52,319 nucleotides of DNA from positions 1-52,319 of the forward strand of contig JBHGNT010000209.1 in assembly GCA_043228905.1 (NCBI GenBank). Direction: 5' to 3'. The position numbers were made by a program, and so were the translations under genes. A model generated the notes under the pieces. The model was not told the DNA's origin and did no database searches. It saw only the letters and a list, made by a program, of their open reading frames with translations. Positions 35,230 to 46,905 of the stretch are shown in pieces. Each line of letters starts with the position of its first letter. Position 1 is the first letter of the stretch. Source of the stretch: Azolla caroliniana (Eukaryota > Plantae > Polypodiophyta).

Positions 35230-38200
35230 ATGAAGAAACAATACCGACAAGTGGAGGATAAGTTACGGTCGGCATCAATAATAAAAGAAGACGAAGAAAT
35301 CGTGGGAGTAATCGAGGAAGTGTTCTATGGGAATACACTACAACGGCTTGAAGAGCTTGCGGAAGATAAAAGCCAAGGGAACCGGGTAGTCCCGGTGGAA
35401 TCGGTCGAGATGTACGAGATCGTTGCGAAAATGGGGCCGGATGCGCTCCGCAAAGAAGAAGCAATGGTAAGTACGAAATACAAGACTGTGGAGAAGAAGG
35501 TGAAACCGGCCGCGGGACCACTACCCGCCGATAGCGAACAAAAGAAGAAAGAAGTCTCGGGAGATCCGACACTTCGGAAGTCCGTGGATATCGGACATGC
35601 CTTCACAGATGAGACCCGGAAGAAACTTCGGATCGGTGGAGGTGGGTTCCTCTTACAAGAAGAAGAAAAACGGTTTCGAGAGATGTTGGAGCAACACGGC
35701 AAAGCATTCGCGTTCACATCGAGGGAGATCGGATGCATTGATCCAAAGATAGTGGAGCCGATGGTGATTTTCACGATCGATCATGTACCGTGGAACCTGA
35801 AGCCGATTCCGGTGCCACGGGCGCATATTCCGAAAGTCATCGACTTGCTCAAGGAGAAGGTGGCGATGGGGATTCTAGAGCCATCAAGTGCTCCGTACTC
35901 AAATCGATGGTTTACGGTTCCGAAGAAGAATGGGTCACTCCGATTCATCCAAGACTTGCAACCGGTGAACAAGGTCACGATCCGGAACTCGGGAGTCGGT
36001 CCGATAGTGGACGAATTCGCGGAAGCTTTTGCCGGACGTGCGATATACTCCATCGGGGACCTATACTCGGGGTATGACCAATTCCAACTAGCCGTGGAGA
36101 GCCGAGACATCACTACCATGCGGACACCGATAGGACTAGTTCGAATGTGCACACTACCACAAGGAGCGACAAACTCGGTTGCACATATGATGAACGCGAT
36201 GAACAAGGTGCTTCGAGATTGCATCCCGGAGATAACGATGCCGTTTCTAGATGACATTCCGATGAAAGGATGCGCGGTGGAAGAAAAAGATGAGACTATG
36301 GATGATCGGGGATGCCGAAAGTTCGTGGTCGACCATATTCATGATTGCGAGAAAGTGTTGCGAAAGCTAGAAGATGTGCACCTAACACTTTCCGGGGAGA
36401 AATCGGCATTCGGGCAAGAAGAAATATTGGTGGTCGGACATCTATGTGGACCCTACGGCCGAAGACCGTCACCAACAAAGATCGATGCGATTCAATCTAT
36501 GAAGGAAGTATGTGAGTCAACATCGGAAGTCCGAAGGTTTCTGGGTGCGTGTGCATTCTATCACATATGGATTCCGCACTATGCACATATAGCGGACCCG
36601 CTCTATCACTTGTTGCGGAAAGGTAAGAAATTCGAGTGGAAACCGGAACACACTAAAGCCATGAGGAAGCTCAAGAAGACACTATGGAGGGCGGAATCAC
36701 TTAAGAAGCCAAGCTACGAGCGGCCAATCATAGTAACGGTTGATACAAGTCCAACCGGTATCGGGTGGGTCATCAATCAAGCCGACTCGGATGGTTCGCG
36801 GTATCCGATCCGATTTGGAGCAAAGGTCCTCAACGAAAGGCAACGCGGATATGCACAAGTCAAAAGAGAATTGTGGGGAGTCGTGTCGGCGATAAAATCG
36901 GATCGGGATTATTTGATCGGAGCTGAAGTGGTGATCGAGACGGATTGTCTTCCGATACTCGGGATGATGCGGTGTTGTACGATACCGGATGTGGCTATGC
37001 TAAGGTGGATTGCATATGTCAAGTCACTTAATCCGGAGGTTCGACACATCTCGGGGAAGGACAACGCGGTAGCGGACATGTTATCGAGGGCGCGGTTTGA
37101 AGACGACATAACCGAATCAGATAATGAAGAAGTTTCCGAAGATTACTTCACGTCAGAACACATATGCCGAGTGAACGTGATCCGAGAATTCCGGGAAGAA
37201 GAATACGAGGGGGAAACCTTGATGATCGGGAAGATGCTACAAGAGGTCGAGGATTCAACCAATGATAAAGAAAGGAGAGCCGAGATCCGAAGGAAGAAGA
37301 GGCAAGTCCAAAAGTTCTTCTTGGAAAACGGTTTAATATGGAGGACGCCGAAAAGACCGGATGGGATACCACTTCGAGTAGTCGGGACGAAAGAGCAACG
37401 AAACCGGATAATGTCCGAGTTCCACGAATCCGATTGGGCTGGACATCGAGGAACATGGGCAACTTTTGTGAAAATCAAGCAAAGATATTGGTGGAAGAAC
37501 ATGTATAAAGATGTCGCGGAGTTCACAGAAAGCTGCGAGAAATGTCAAGTCTACTCCGGGGTCCGACACCGAGATGAGCTGCATCCGACATTCTCACCGA
37601 CAATCAACTTCAAGTGGATGGTCGACATTGTAGCTATGCCGACCGGGATTGGACAAAAGAAATACTTGGTGTTAGCTCGAGAAGATCTCACAAACCAAGT
37701 TGAAGGTCGAGCGCTTCGGAGGAAAACGTGTGCCGCGGTGTGCCAATTTCTTTTGGAAGAAGTGTTTTGTAGGTACGGCTGCGTAGGACAAGTGATTGCG
37801 GACCGGGGAGAACTCGACTCGGACAAAGCTAGGGGATTCTTCGCCAAACATGGAGTTCGGTTAACGTTGACAACGGCCTACAATCCGGAGGCCAACGGGA
37901 AGATCGAACGAGGACATAGTCCGATCGTGAAAGCACTTGCGAAGGCATGCGACGGAAGGGTGAAGGATTGGCCACAAATGCTTCCGTATGCACTATGGGC
38001 GGATCGGACGACGCATAGCTCCGTGACCGGTTACATGCCGGCAAAACTCATGACCGGACAAGCACCGGTAATGCCAACGGAAACCGCAATCGCGACATGG
38101 ACAGTACTACCGTGGAAGGAAGAGATGAGCCGGGAAGAACTACTAGCGGTCCGGATACGACAACTGGAGGGAAGACCGAAAGATGTAGCGGAAGCATCAC

Positions 38201-38697
38201 GCCGACAACAAGAAGCACGGTTCCGGAACAAAAGCCGGTTCGACACAAAGCACCGACTACGACCGAGGAGGATTGAAGGAGGAGATTGGGTGATCGTCTA
38301 TGATAGTAGCTTGGACCATCAACATACAACGATGCGGAAATTCGCGAAAAGGTGGTTCGGGCCGTACGAGGTTCGGAAGGTCTTCGACAACGGGACGTAC
38401 CGACTGTCCGAGTTGGATGGAACAATACTACGAGTGCCTATAGCCGGGAAACGGGTGAAGATTTTCAAGAAGCGGACCGACGACAAACCTTATGTGATCC
38501 AAGTCGAGGCCGACAACGAGGAGCAATCGGACGAAGACCACAATGATGCGGGAAGCGAAGAAAGTGGATTACAACTCATAGTCGACATAAGGGGAGAATC
38601 GGAGGAAGCTTCGGATGAAGACGGATACGAAGAATCAAGAACTTCGCCACATACCGGAGGATGTGCGGGTTTGGAGGGGGCGAGTGTCGTAGTGTAG
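35230..38697 (+). CDS. Gypsy Pol (RT, RNase H, integrase); frame already open at ~35086
   Basis: DLYSGYDQ, LPQGATNS, PFLDDI, VDTS..GIG, GKDNAVADMLSR, H..AGH..CEKCQ, ADRGE, NGKIERG, WFGPY; acidic tail; stop lies inside the 3' LTR. Confidence 0.95.
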   Translation: MKKQYRQVEDKLRSASIIKEDEEIVGVIEEVFYGNTLQRLEELAEDKSQGNRVVPVESVEMYEIVAKMGPDALRKEEAMVSTKYKTVEKKVKPAAGPLPADSEQKKKEVSGDPTLRKSVDIGHAFTDETRKKLRIGGGGFLLQEEEKRFREMLEQHGKAFAFTSREIGCIDPKIVEPMVIFTIDHVPWNLKPIPVPRAHIPKVIDLLKEKVAMGILEPSSAPYSNRWFTVPKKNGSLRFIQDLQPVNKVTIRNSGVGPIVDEFAEAFAGRAIYSIGDLYSGYDQFQLAVESRDITTMRTPIGLVRMCTLPQGATNSVAHMMNAMNKVLRDCIPEITMPFLDDIPMKGCAVEEKDETMDDRGCRKFVVDHIHDCEKVLRKLEDVHLTLSGEKSAFGQEEILVVGHLCGPYGRRPSPTKIDAIQSMKEVCESTSEVRRFLGACAFYHIWIPHYAHIADPLYHLLRKGKKFEWKPEHTKAMRKLKKTLWRAESLKKPSYERPIIVTVDTSPTGIGWVINQADSDGSRYPIRFGAKVLNERQRGYAQVKRELWGVVSAIKSDRDYLIGAEVVIETDCLPILGMMRCCTIPDVAMLRWIAYVKSLNPEVRHISGKDNAVADMLSRARFEDDITESDNEEVSEDYFTSEHICRVNVIREFREEEYEGETLMIGKMLQEVEDSTNDKERRAEIRRKKRQVQKFFLENGLIWRTPKRPDGIPLRVVGTKEQRNRIMSEFHESDWAGHRGTWATFVKIKQRYWWKNMYKDVAEFTESCEKCQVYSGVRHRDELHPTFSPTINFKWMVDIVAMPTGIGQKKYLVLAREDLTNQVEGRALRRKTCAAVCQFLLEEVFCRYGCVGQVIADRGELDSDKARGFFAKHGVRLTLTTAYNPEANGKIERGHSPIVKALAKACDGRVKDWPQMLPYALWADRTTHSSVTGYMPAKLMTGQAPVMPTETAIATWTVLPWKEEMSREELLAVRIRQLEGRPKDVAEASRRQQEARFRNKSRFDTKHRLRPRRIEGGDWVIVYDSSLDHQHTTMRKFAKRWFGPYEVRKVFDNGTYRLSELDGTILRVPIAGKRVKIFKKRTDDKPYVIQVEADNEEQSDEDHNDAGSEESGLQLIVDIRGESEEASDEDGYEESRTSPHTGGCAGLEGASVVV

Positions 38698-41600
38698 GTT
38701 GCACACTATGTGGAAATTATATTTTTGTCCCTCCGGATAGAGAATGGAGTGCTCGGTGAGAACCGGAAGAAAACGGCATACCGGCAAGGGGTATGCAAGG
38801 AAGAAAACGGCATACCGGCAAGGAAGAGCCGGATAAAGAGACATAAATGTAAAAAGAAAGGAAATACTCACTACTGCGCAGGGCGTGATTCGAACTCTGC
38901 ACCTCCACGTTGACAAACCCCAACCTTACCATTACATTAAATTATCTTAAGTGTTTTAAATATAGATTTAATATGTATAAGACCTTTATTTATGCATACC
39001 TTTATTAAAAGGTAAATTGTGTATTTCTTTAATATATGAAAAAGAAAAAACACGAGACACTAAAAATAAACTCATGCACATCTAGCGTGCATGAGCCCTA
39101 TACTTAGGAAATAATAATAAAAAAAAAAGCATCACATGCACATTTAGTGTGCATGAACATATGAGAAAAAGCATGTAGCTATGCTTAGTCTCTCCCATCA
39201 CTATATAAGGATGGGGAGCACATTGTAGTTGTTGTTGATTATTTGGATTAAGTATTAAACAATACAAAAATTATTCGTGGGATTCACGATTTATACATCT
39301 ACTTCTCTCTTAACATCCTAAGTACCAATTAATATAGTATACTCGTGTGATTCACGAGTTTCTTGTCTTTCTCTTTGCTATTTACTCATAATTAATCTCT
39401 ATCTCACGAACTTCTTTCTCCTAGTCCAAGACCTCTGTGGTTCCCACCCGACTCACGCAACGATCCGGAGCCGAAAGGCACGACAACGTGTTAGAAAGGA
39501 GAGGTGGAGTGTGTATTTCGGTGAGGAAATCAGCGAATATCACTATCTTGGATCATGGCATATTGATCGAAGGTAGAGCCATGTTCTGTTGCCTGGAATG
39601 AAGGAATGTAAAATTTGGGGTGCTGAATGTCTACGCACCTAACATTAGCAATGAGAGAACCTCATTTTGGAGACTACTGGCAAACAAAACTCCCTCCTTC
39701 GACAATTGGATAGTGGCGGGGGATTTTAACATGACAGAGAGAATGGAAGATTGTCTTGGGGCTCATTCGAACTTGCTACAGGGGGAGGAGCTTAGAGTGT
39801 GGGGTTTCTTAATTTCTATGTTGGGAATCTGGGATTCATGGTATTCTAGTATGGCGGTTGAGGCGAATTCCTTAAGGTTCTCACAATTTGGTTGGAAAGA
39901 GAGTGAAGGATGTCACTCTAGATTGGACTGTATCTATGTGAGCCCTGGGATAGAGGAATGGAGTGGCTACTCATCCATTCTAGTTGGTTTTACATATTCG
40001 GATCACCTTCCAGTATCCTTGACTCTCGATCCTATTTATAAGAAGAAGAATGAGAGCAATTTGAGGATTCCTCCGAAGATTTTTGGTATCCAGAAGGTTA
40101 AGGATGCAATGAATAACATTTGGATGACATCCCCATCAGCCCACGACCCGGTACAGGTACTGGAGGAAAAGATTATTAATTCTTCTTTGGTTCTTCAGAA
40201 AGTGTCTAGGGAGGAGTTGGTAAAGTGTCAATATCGTATGCAATGCCTGAGGAAGGCAGTCATCTCAGCTCAAAAGCTCACGCAAGTGGACCCATGTTGT
40301 GCTTGGGTGAAAGACAGGATGCAGGAGGCCACTAGGGTGATGCAGGAGGTTAGACAGCAACGTGAGCAATTCCTCTTCAGAAAGTCGGCAGCATGGTGGG
40401 CTGTCAAGGGAGATAAAGTTAACAGGGAGTTTTTTCTTACCAAAACTCCAAAACTGAGAGGAACGCATATTCACAGTCTCAAACGAGAGGATGATTCGAT
40501 GACGTTTGATCAAGAGGAAATCTTGCAAATTGCAACTAATTACTACAAAGGCCTTTTAGCTCCAACTTGACAAACGACCCTCTAAGTAACCTGATGCATG
40601 ATGTAATTACATGCTTGAAGACCAGGATTGGAGAGGTAGCTAAAGTGCAGTTGTCAAAAGCCATAGAGGAGGAAGAGATTGTAGCGTGGCTAGACAAGAT
40701 ACATAGTATGGCTTGTCTTGGTGCTGACGGCCTTCCCAAAGCCTTCTTCAAGGAGTTTTGGGAGCAAATTTTTCCAAGCTTGGAAGCTGAACTGCAAGAG
40801 ATGTGGAGAACGGGACGAATGTCGAGCAACTTCAATGAAGGCTTGATCTACTTGATTCCAAAATCGAAGACTGCGTTGCACGAGATTAAACAATGGAGGC
40901 CCATTACAATTTTAAATCTAATTTATAAACATTTTGCTAACATACTAGTGCAGAGAATCAAGCCCTTCCTAGGAGATATCATCCAATCCAATCAAACCGG
41001 TTTCATGGAGCATCGATCTATTATGGACAACGTGATTTTGTTTTGGGAGGTTGTTGCAACAGCGAGGGAGACCAATCAAAACTTAGCCTATTTGATGTTG
41101 GACTTCGAGAAAGCCTATGATTGAGTGTAATGGTCTTTCCTAGAAGAAGTGATGAAGGTCATTGAGCTACCATTGGAATGGAGGTGTGTTGCCTAAGCCT
41201 TATATAGGAATGGCTCGAGTAAGGTGTTGATTGCAAGGAGGAAAGGAGCTCGAATCTTTCTAACTCAATCCATCAGGCAAGGTTGTCCTCTTGCCCCCTT
41301 TCTATTCCTTTTTATTACTGAAGTAATGTCTGCCTTTTTTAATAGTCAAGGGGCAAATCTTCATGGTCTTTCGATCCCTAACTCAAGGAAGTCCCTGCTG
41401 GACTCGGAGTTCACAGACGATACGATGTTATACCTCCAAGGAAATGAAGTGAATCTTGAGCAGGCACGGAGTGCTATTGATCTCTTTTGCAAAGCATCGG
41501 GAGCCTCCATCAATTGGAATAAGTCCAAGAGTTTCTAGATCAGCTTGGAGTCCAAGCCTGTTTGGAAGCCAAATGTTGAATTCAAATGGATTGCAAACGG

Positions 41601-43889
41601 GGAAGCCACTAGGTATATGGGAACGTGGATTGGTGTAGATATCGACAAAGGAATTCAATTGCAACAAATTCAAAGTAAAATCTGTGACAACATTCGCAAC
41701 TGGTCAGGGATGAACTTATCATTAGCTGGCAGGATCATAGTAGCTAACCAAGTGCTCTTGTCTACGTTATGGCATGTAGTTTCAGTGTGGATGTTTGACA
41801 AGCAAGCTATTCGTACTGTTAAAGCGTGTATTAGGGGATTCCTATGGGTTGGGATCAGGAAAGACAACGCGGTAGCCAAAGTATCATGGTCTACGTTGGT
41901 TCTTCCCAAGAGTAAGGGGGCTTTAGGATTGATTGACCCTAGATTGTAGAGTCGGGCATTGTTATGTAAGGTATTGGTAAGGAGCTTGCTACCTGATAAC
42001 GAGTTATGGAAAACATTGATACATAATAGGAGCATTTTCTGGAGTCCTAGATTGGGTGGGCAATGGAAGTCACACAAAGCATGGCTTTTTTGTATGGACT
42101 TAAAGTTGAGGAAATCTAACCGGTTGGCTAATTGTACTTGTATGTCATTGATGCAGGCATGGAGTATGTTTCGTGGGCATCTAAGTTGGAATCGTCCAAG
42201 TACTAGTGTTGAATGGATGCGCCAACCCGTATTGTGGAACGAGACCGTACAATCACCAGAGGGAAAGATGCTTGGACAAAGCAAGCATATGCCGTGGGCT
42301 ATATTGTATTGTCTAGGGATTCACTCAGTGGCAGATTGGATGCGGTTGTCTGGCAGTAATCATGAAAAATTATATGAAGACGTGGGAAAGGTCAGAAATG
42401 GCAGAAAGATGCTCGACCTAGTGAATATAGTTGTCTACTCGCTTCCTATTGGTAATGAGGAAGAGGGTGAATGGTCCAGACAATGTGATGATTCCGGAAA
42501 AATTATCAATGTCAGGGTTCTAGGAAATAATGGGAAGATCGTCCAGTTGGGATCAATAGATGAAAGTGCATGCTGGTACCCAATTAGAATTGTGGCAAGA
42601 GACGGAAAGAAATGGAAGGTGAATCCACTAGTCGAAGAGGTTGAGGAGGACTAGATCTTGTACGTGGTTGAAGGCAAGCCTCTTGAGTTCTTAGGATGGG
42701 ATCCCGCTAAATATATGTGGAAGGGAGAACAAGATAAATCATTAGGTTTCTTCGAATACTCCACGTGCTTGGGGAGAAAGTTAGGTTGGTATTGTGAGAA
42801 GTGTGCCAACAAGTGGGCCCATGTAGTTGTCGATTCAGTCTTCGTGGATAGAACCAGGAGCAGGATATGGAACTCATCCCTTCTTGAGTGGTTCAAAGTG
42901 TATTTCTGGTTAATCACCCATCGGGCTGTTCCAACGGGAGAGTGGCTTGGGAATAGACGTGGCATGAGTAGTTGCAAGGCCTGTAGTGCGAGCTTGGAGG
43001 ACATCGCACATTGTTTGTGGTGTTGCCCACAAGCCCAAGAAATTTGGCTGAGGAGCTTAAGAATCTTGGCTCGGTTCAGGGTTGAGGTTCATGTATTGAG
43101 CGCAACAGTCACTTGGTTGGCCACTGAATTGGCTTCGTGGTTTCAAGGGTGGAATGGAAATAGTCCTTCTTTAAAGGTGATGCAAGGAACTGTACAACCA
43201 ACGCAAGGAGGTTCATTCTTCTTACATGAACGCTACGTGGACATATGGTTATTAGTGGTCGGTCTTACGGTTTGGCAAGTGTGGGGTATCTAGGTGCAAG
43301 GAGACTTTCGCAGGTAAGCGAACCCCACCGACTGAGAATTTAATGATGATCTAGTTTAATCTTATTTCTACGTTACGAGGAGAGTTTGAAAGTCTTCAAG
43401 GACCCTCTGATGCAAGTGAAGAAGCTAGAGCTCGGTTCCTTCTGAAATGGAGCAGTTCGTCGATGCTACAGATGGTGGATGGTAAAGCGAAGTGGAATTA
43501 TCAACCACCACGATGGTTGTTCCCTCCGAGTGTACCTAACATCTAGATGGGTGCTACCATGACAAGTGAATGGAGGATGTCTATGCTGAATTCGGGTTGT
43601 ATGAGGCTCACATGGAGAGTATGCGTTCGGGTAATGCTATGCGCATCGAATGATGTGGTGTTTTGGAGTTGTTTTTGTTGTTTCCTCTACACATATTGTT
43701 TTCTTTTGACATGCAAGATGGCTTGCAAGATATGAGTTGTAAATTATCCTATGTACATTGCCTTAACTAATGGAAGTACTTTTTTTTTGGAAAAAAGAAA
43801 AACCGAAGCGAACCGTTTTAAAAAACTTGAACCGAACCGTTGCCAATTGTTGCCCATGACGTCTTGGTCTCCATTGGGCAACCTTACCA

Positions 43890-45210
43890 ATCCATCCAGG
43901 TTTCTCTTTTTTTCTCATCAATTCTATTTGACCTATCAATTGATGAATTGGAAGAAATGGTTGTCAAGTTTGTAAAGGAAGAAGGCATTGAAAAAGTTGT
44001 CATTGGGAATATAGTAATTATGCTTTTGTTATATACAAATAATATAGTGCTTTCTGCAAATACTTTAGACAATGCACAAAAGCTTATGAAGGCCTTGGAA
44101 ATTTTTTGCATGCATGCTACATTAAGTGTCAACAACTCTAAAACAAAAATTATGCTTGTGATGAGCAAAAACAAAACAATAAACCATGCATTTGTATAAT
44201 AATGAGCATCTCGAATGTGTGGAAAGCTTCAAATATTTTGGCCATGAAGTTCCGTCAAATTATAGATGGAATGAATGTGTTACGCGTTGCTTAGAGGCGG
44301 GAAAGAGAGCATATTATGCATTTGAGAACACAGGCAATCATGGAGATATTAAGTGGTGGGTCTTGAAAAAATACATTTTCAACACTTTGGTGGTATCAGT
44401 GGTTCTCTATGGGGTGGAAGTATGGGGCAGTCGCATCCCTAAATCTACTTAGAAAGAGTTTGAAAATGTCCAAATACATTTTTTTACAAAGTTTCTACAA
44501 GTTTAAAAAAAATGTCATACACCCTCCTCGAGACGGGATCACTTCCCGTTGTGATCATGGCCATGGAAAGGGTTGTTGAATACATGCTTAAGGTTCAAAA
44601 AAGTCCCTCACATTGACTTGCTATAATTGCATGGGAAGCAAGTAAAAAGATCTGAATGACCAATGAAAGCAAATTTTTGTGTTTCGGTTGGATGCAAGAT
44701 ATGGAAAAATGGTTTGGTAGATAGGATGCAACACACTTGCTTCATGTTGCATCACTATATTCCTCTGCAAATGAGGCCTTTTTGCAATGCCAATGTACCA
44801 TGACATGGGACAAGTGTGGAGGCTCACACTTCACACATTATACTACACATATTGCACATAAGTACAAAACCATATTCTTCATAGAATGGGGAAACCGTAC
44901 ACATTGATACATGTTAGATCCCATCCCATTATCTATAATTCAAACCACTACTTCCATGCTACTTAACTCACATGCATTATGATGTGAGACAGGGCATTGG
45001 GGTACAAGTGATGAGAGTGGTCGACTATGCACACTTTGCCTCAAACAAGTTCAAGAGTTTGAGTACACACTTTAATACAATGCTCAACCTTTGATCATAT
45101 TCGACCATGTTTTCCACACATCTTCGACCAAGCCCAATCCTTGTACGAATTTCTCAGATAGCACAATGTGCACTCTCAATTGCAACATTCATCACTAAAG
45201 TTCTTGAACC
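43890..45210 (+). mobile_element. Decayed 5'-truncated RTE/RTEX-like LINE (end of RT to C-terminal Cys/His motif)
   Basis: LFDLSIDEL..LLYTNNIVL..LSVNNSKTKIM, ESFKYFG, VLYGVEVWG, HAL*CETGHW..RLCTLC. Confidence 0.8.
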
Positions 45211-45269
45211 TCGAATCTATCTATCTATCTATCATCACCAAAGACGATAATAGAATCTATCTATCTCTT

Positions 45270-46255
45270 ATTTTTAGGTAAAAGCACACAATTACATTAA
45301 TGTATGTAAAATCCACTTGTTACAACACTTCTTAATCTCCTCTACCTACCTATCTTATCCTATGTAAGGAGAGGGGCGTCTTGTAACGCCACTAGAAAAC
45401 CTTAATATGCATTTGAATAAATAATCCTCACATGATGTAATATCTAGAAATTCCACATAAGAATACCCTCCAACTACTTCATATAACTTTCACCCTATGT
45501 CTACTATGAAATATAAAAGCATTACACATATTCCAATTGTATTGTAGTCCCCAATATCGTAAAAATTGGAACAATATCTCCATCTTGTTATTTGGACCAT
45601 TTTGAACATGCTAAGAAAAAACCCATTGTTGAGGCCTCAAATAACAACAGGTTAAAACTTGCTAAATGTTTAATAAATACTTCCAAACGATGCATGCTAT
45701 AGGACATTCAATGAACCTATGTGTATTGTCCTCCAATGGAATGATGCAAAAGAAGCACATGCTTGACCCTGGTCCTCATCTCTTTAAGGCTAAACCAAAT
45801 GGGAGCCCACCAATCATGACTCTCCATGTGAATATCTTTGCATGAAATGGCAAATGGAAATGTCAACCACGTTGTAATATTTGTTGCCACCTTGCATTCG
45901 ACTTACATAGATTCCACACCTGCTTTAGGATATAACCAAGATAATATCATGCCATTGCATGATGATACAAAATGTTTTTAGTGACTTGGAACAAAACACA
46001 TATCATCCTGTAATCGTGAGTCCATCTAGGGTACAACATTTGTTTTCGATGGCAAAGTTCCATGCAACAATGGTATATCTTGTAATTTCTCCCAAATAAA
46101 TCCATAATTTGGGGGAATACATAACCATTGTTTGGCATTTTCAAATTCCAACAACCTTGAGATTCATTATCAACCACATCTTCCAAATGTACAACCCCCG
46201 ATCAAAATACATAATTGAACTGAGACTTTAGCTTCTCTTTTCCATGCCAATATAA
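45270..46255 (-). mobile_element. Decayed L1-type LINE 3' fragment (zf-RVT-like region)
   Basis: Minus frame KIFTWRVMIGGLP..CFFCIIPLEDNTHRFIECPIA..VW. Confidence 0.7.
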
Positions 46256-46257
46256 CA

Positions 46258-46443
46258 CTCAAAAAGTCGGGCTCCTTTTCACAGAGGATGTCAAAGAGTC
46301 GAGCTCCTGGTGATAGATGTTGTCAGCTTTTTATCCATCTTGGACAGTGCGACATGCACTGTCCCTCTCCGCGATTCCCTCACTTGCCCTCTTAAATATT
46401 TGGTAATAGTTAGTCACGAGCACACATACACATACACATACAC
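46258..46443 (-). repeat. Right inner TIR of Mutator-like element A plus (CATACA)n
   Basis: Reverse complement of ~3560-3760, sharing the aaatatttaag variant. Confidence 0.85.
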
Positions 46444-46815
46444 AATCACATACCGTGGTGTCTAAATACCACCAAAAATTGAAGAGGGCAAGTGAGGGAA
46501 TCACGGAGAGGGACGGTGCAGGTCACTCAGTCGAGGGCACATGCGATTTGCATCGTCCGATGTGGGGAAAAAAAACGCGCGAAGAAATCATCACTTATTG
46601 GGGGGCCCGACTAGGAGCCCCACTGTCTAACAACTTTTGTAATTAGGAGCCCGACTGTGTCAAAGGGAGCCCCGCTACCTGACAACCTCTGTCACTAGGA
46701 GCCCAACTCTGTCAAAAGGAGCCCTACTCATTATTAATGAGCATTGATTATAAAAACCCTGAATCACTCATTTTGAACCTATTTTGAAAAGAGAGTTTTA
46801 GGGTATTTGGAGGGA

Positions 46816-46905
46816 AGAATCAAAGAGGAGCACCACTTTCCACCAAAATCAGAGAGGCACAACACTTTCCGCCAGAATCCGAGAGGAGCACCACTTTCCG
46901 CCATC
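46816..46905 (+). repeat. ~30-bp minisatellite, three units
   Basis: agaggagcaccactttcc(a/g)cca(a/g)aatc repeated. Confidence 0.75.

Larger units (their letters stand above)
32205..39485 (+). mobile_element. Intact Ty3/Gypsy LTR retrotransposon (no chromodomain seen), 7281 bp
   Basis: LTRs 32205-33017 and 38685-39485 (TGTCG..CGACA, few differences); perfect 4-bp TSD ACGT (32201-32204, 39486-39489); PBS 33022-33039; PPT GGAGGGGGCGAG 38673-38684. Confidence 0.97.
24469..43800 (+). mobile_element. Near full-length decayed L1-clade LINE interrupted by Copia-2 and a Gypsy
   Basis: ORF1 24792-25507 + 30999-32011 (knuckle CFACKE|MGHMAK*C). ORF2 32008-32204 + 39490-~43545 (LLQEHH, NVYAPN, GDFN, SDH, WRPITILN, DFEKAYD, SIRQGCPLAP, FTDD, CKAC..EDIAHCLWCC). 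Multiple stops/frameshifts; A-rich end ~43791-43802. Confidence 0.9.
24212..43858. mobile_element. MITE-like element split by the L1 insertion (arms ~24212-24468 and ~43790-43858)
   Basis: Left aacaatcggcaacagtttggttcggttc and right gaaccgaaccgttgccaattgtt are inverted repeats with AACCG subterminal motifs; no TSD found. Confidence 0.55.
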
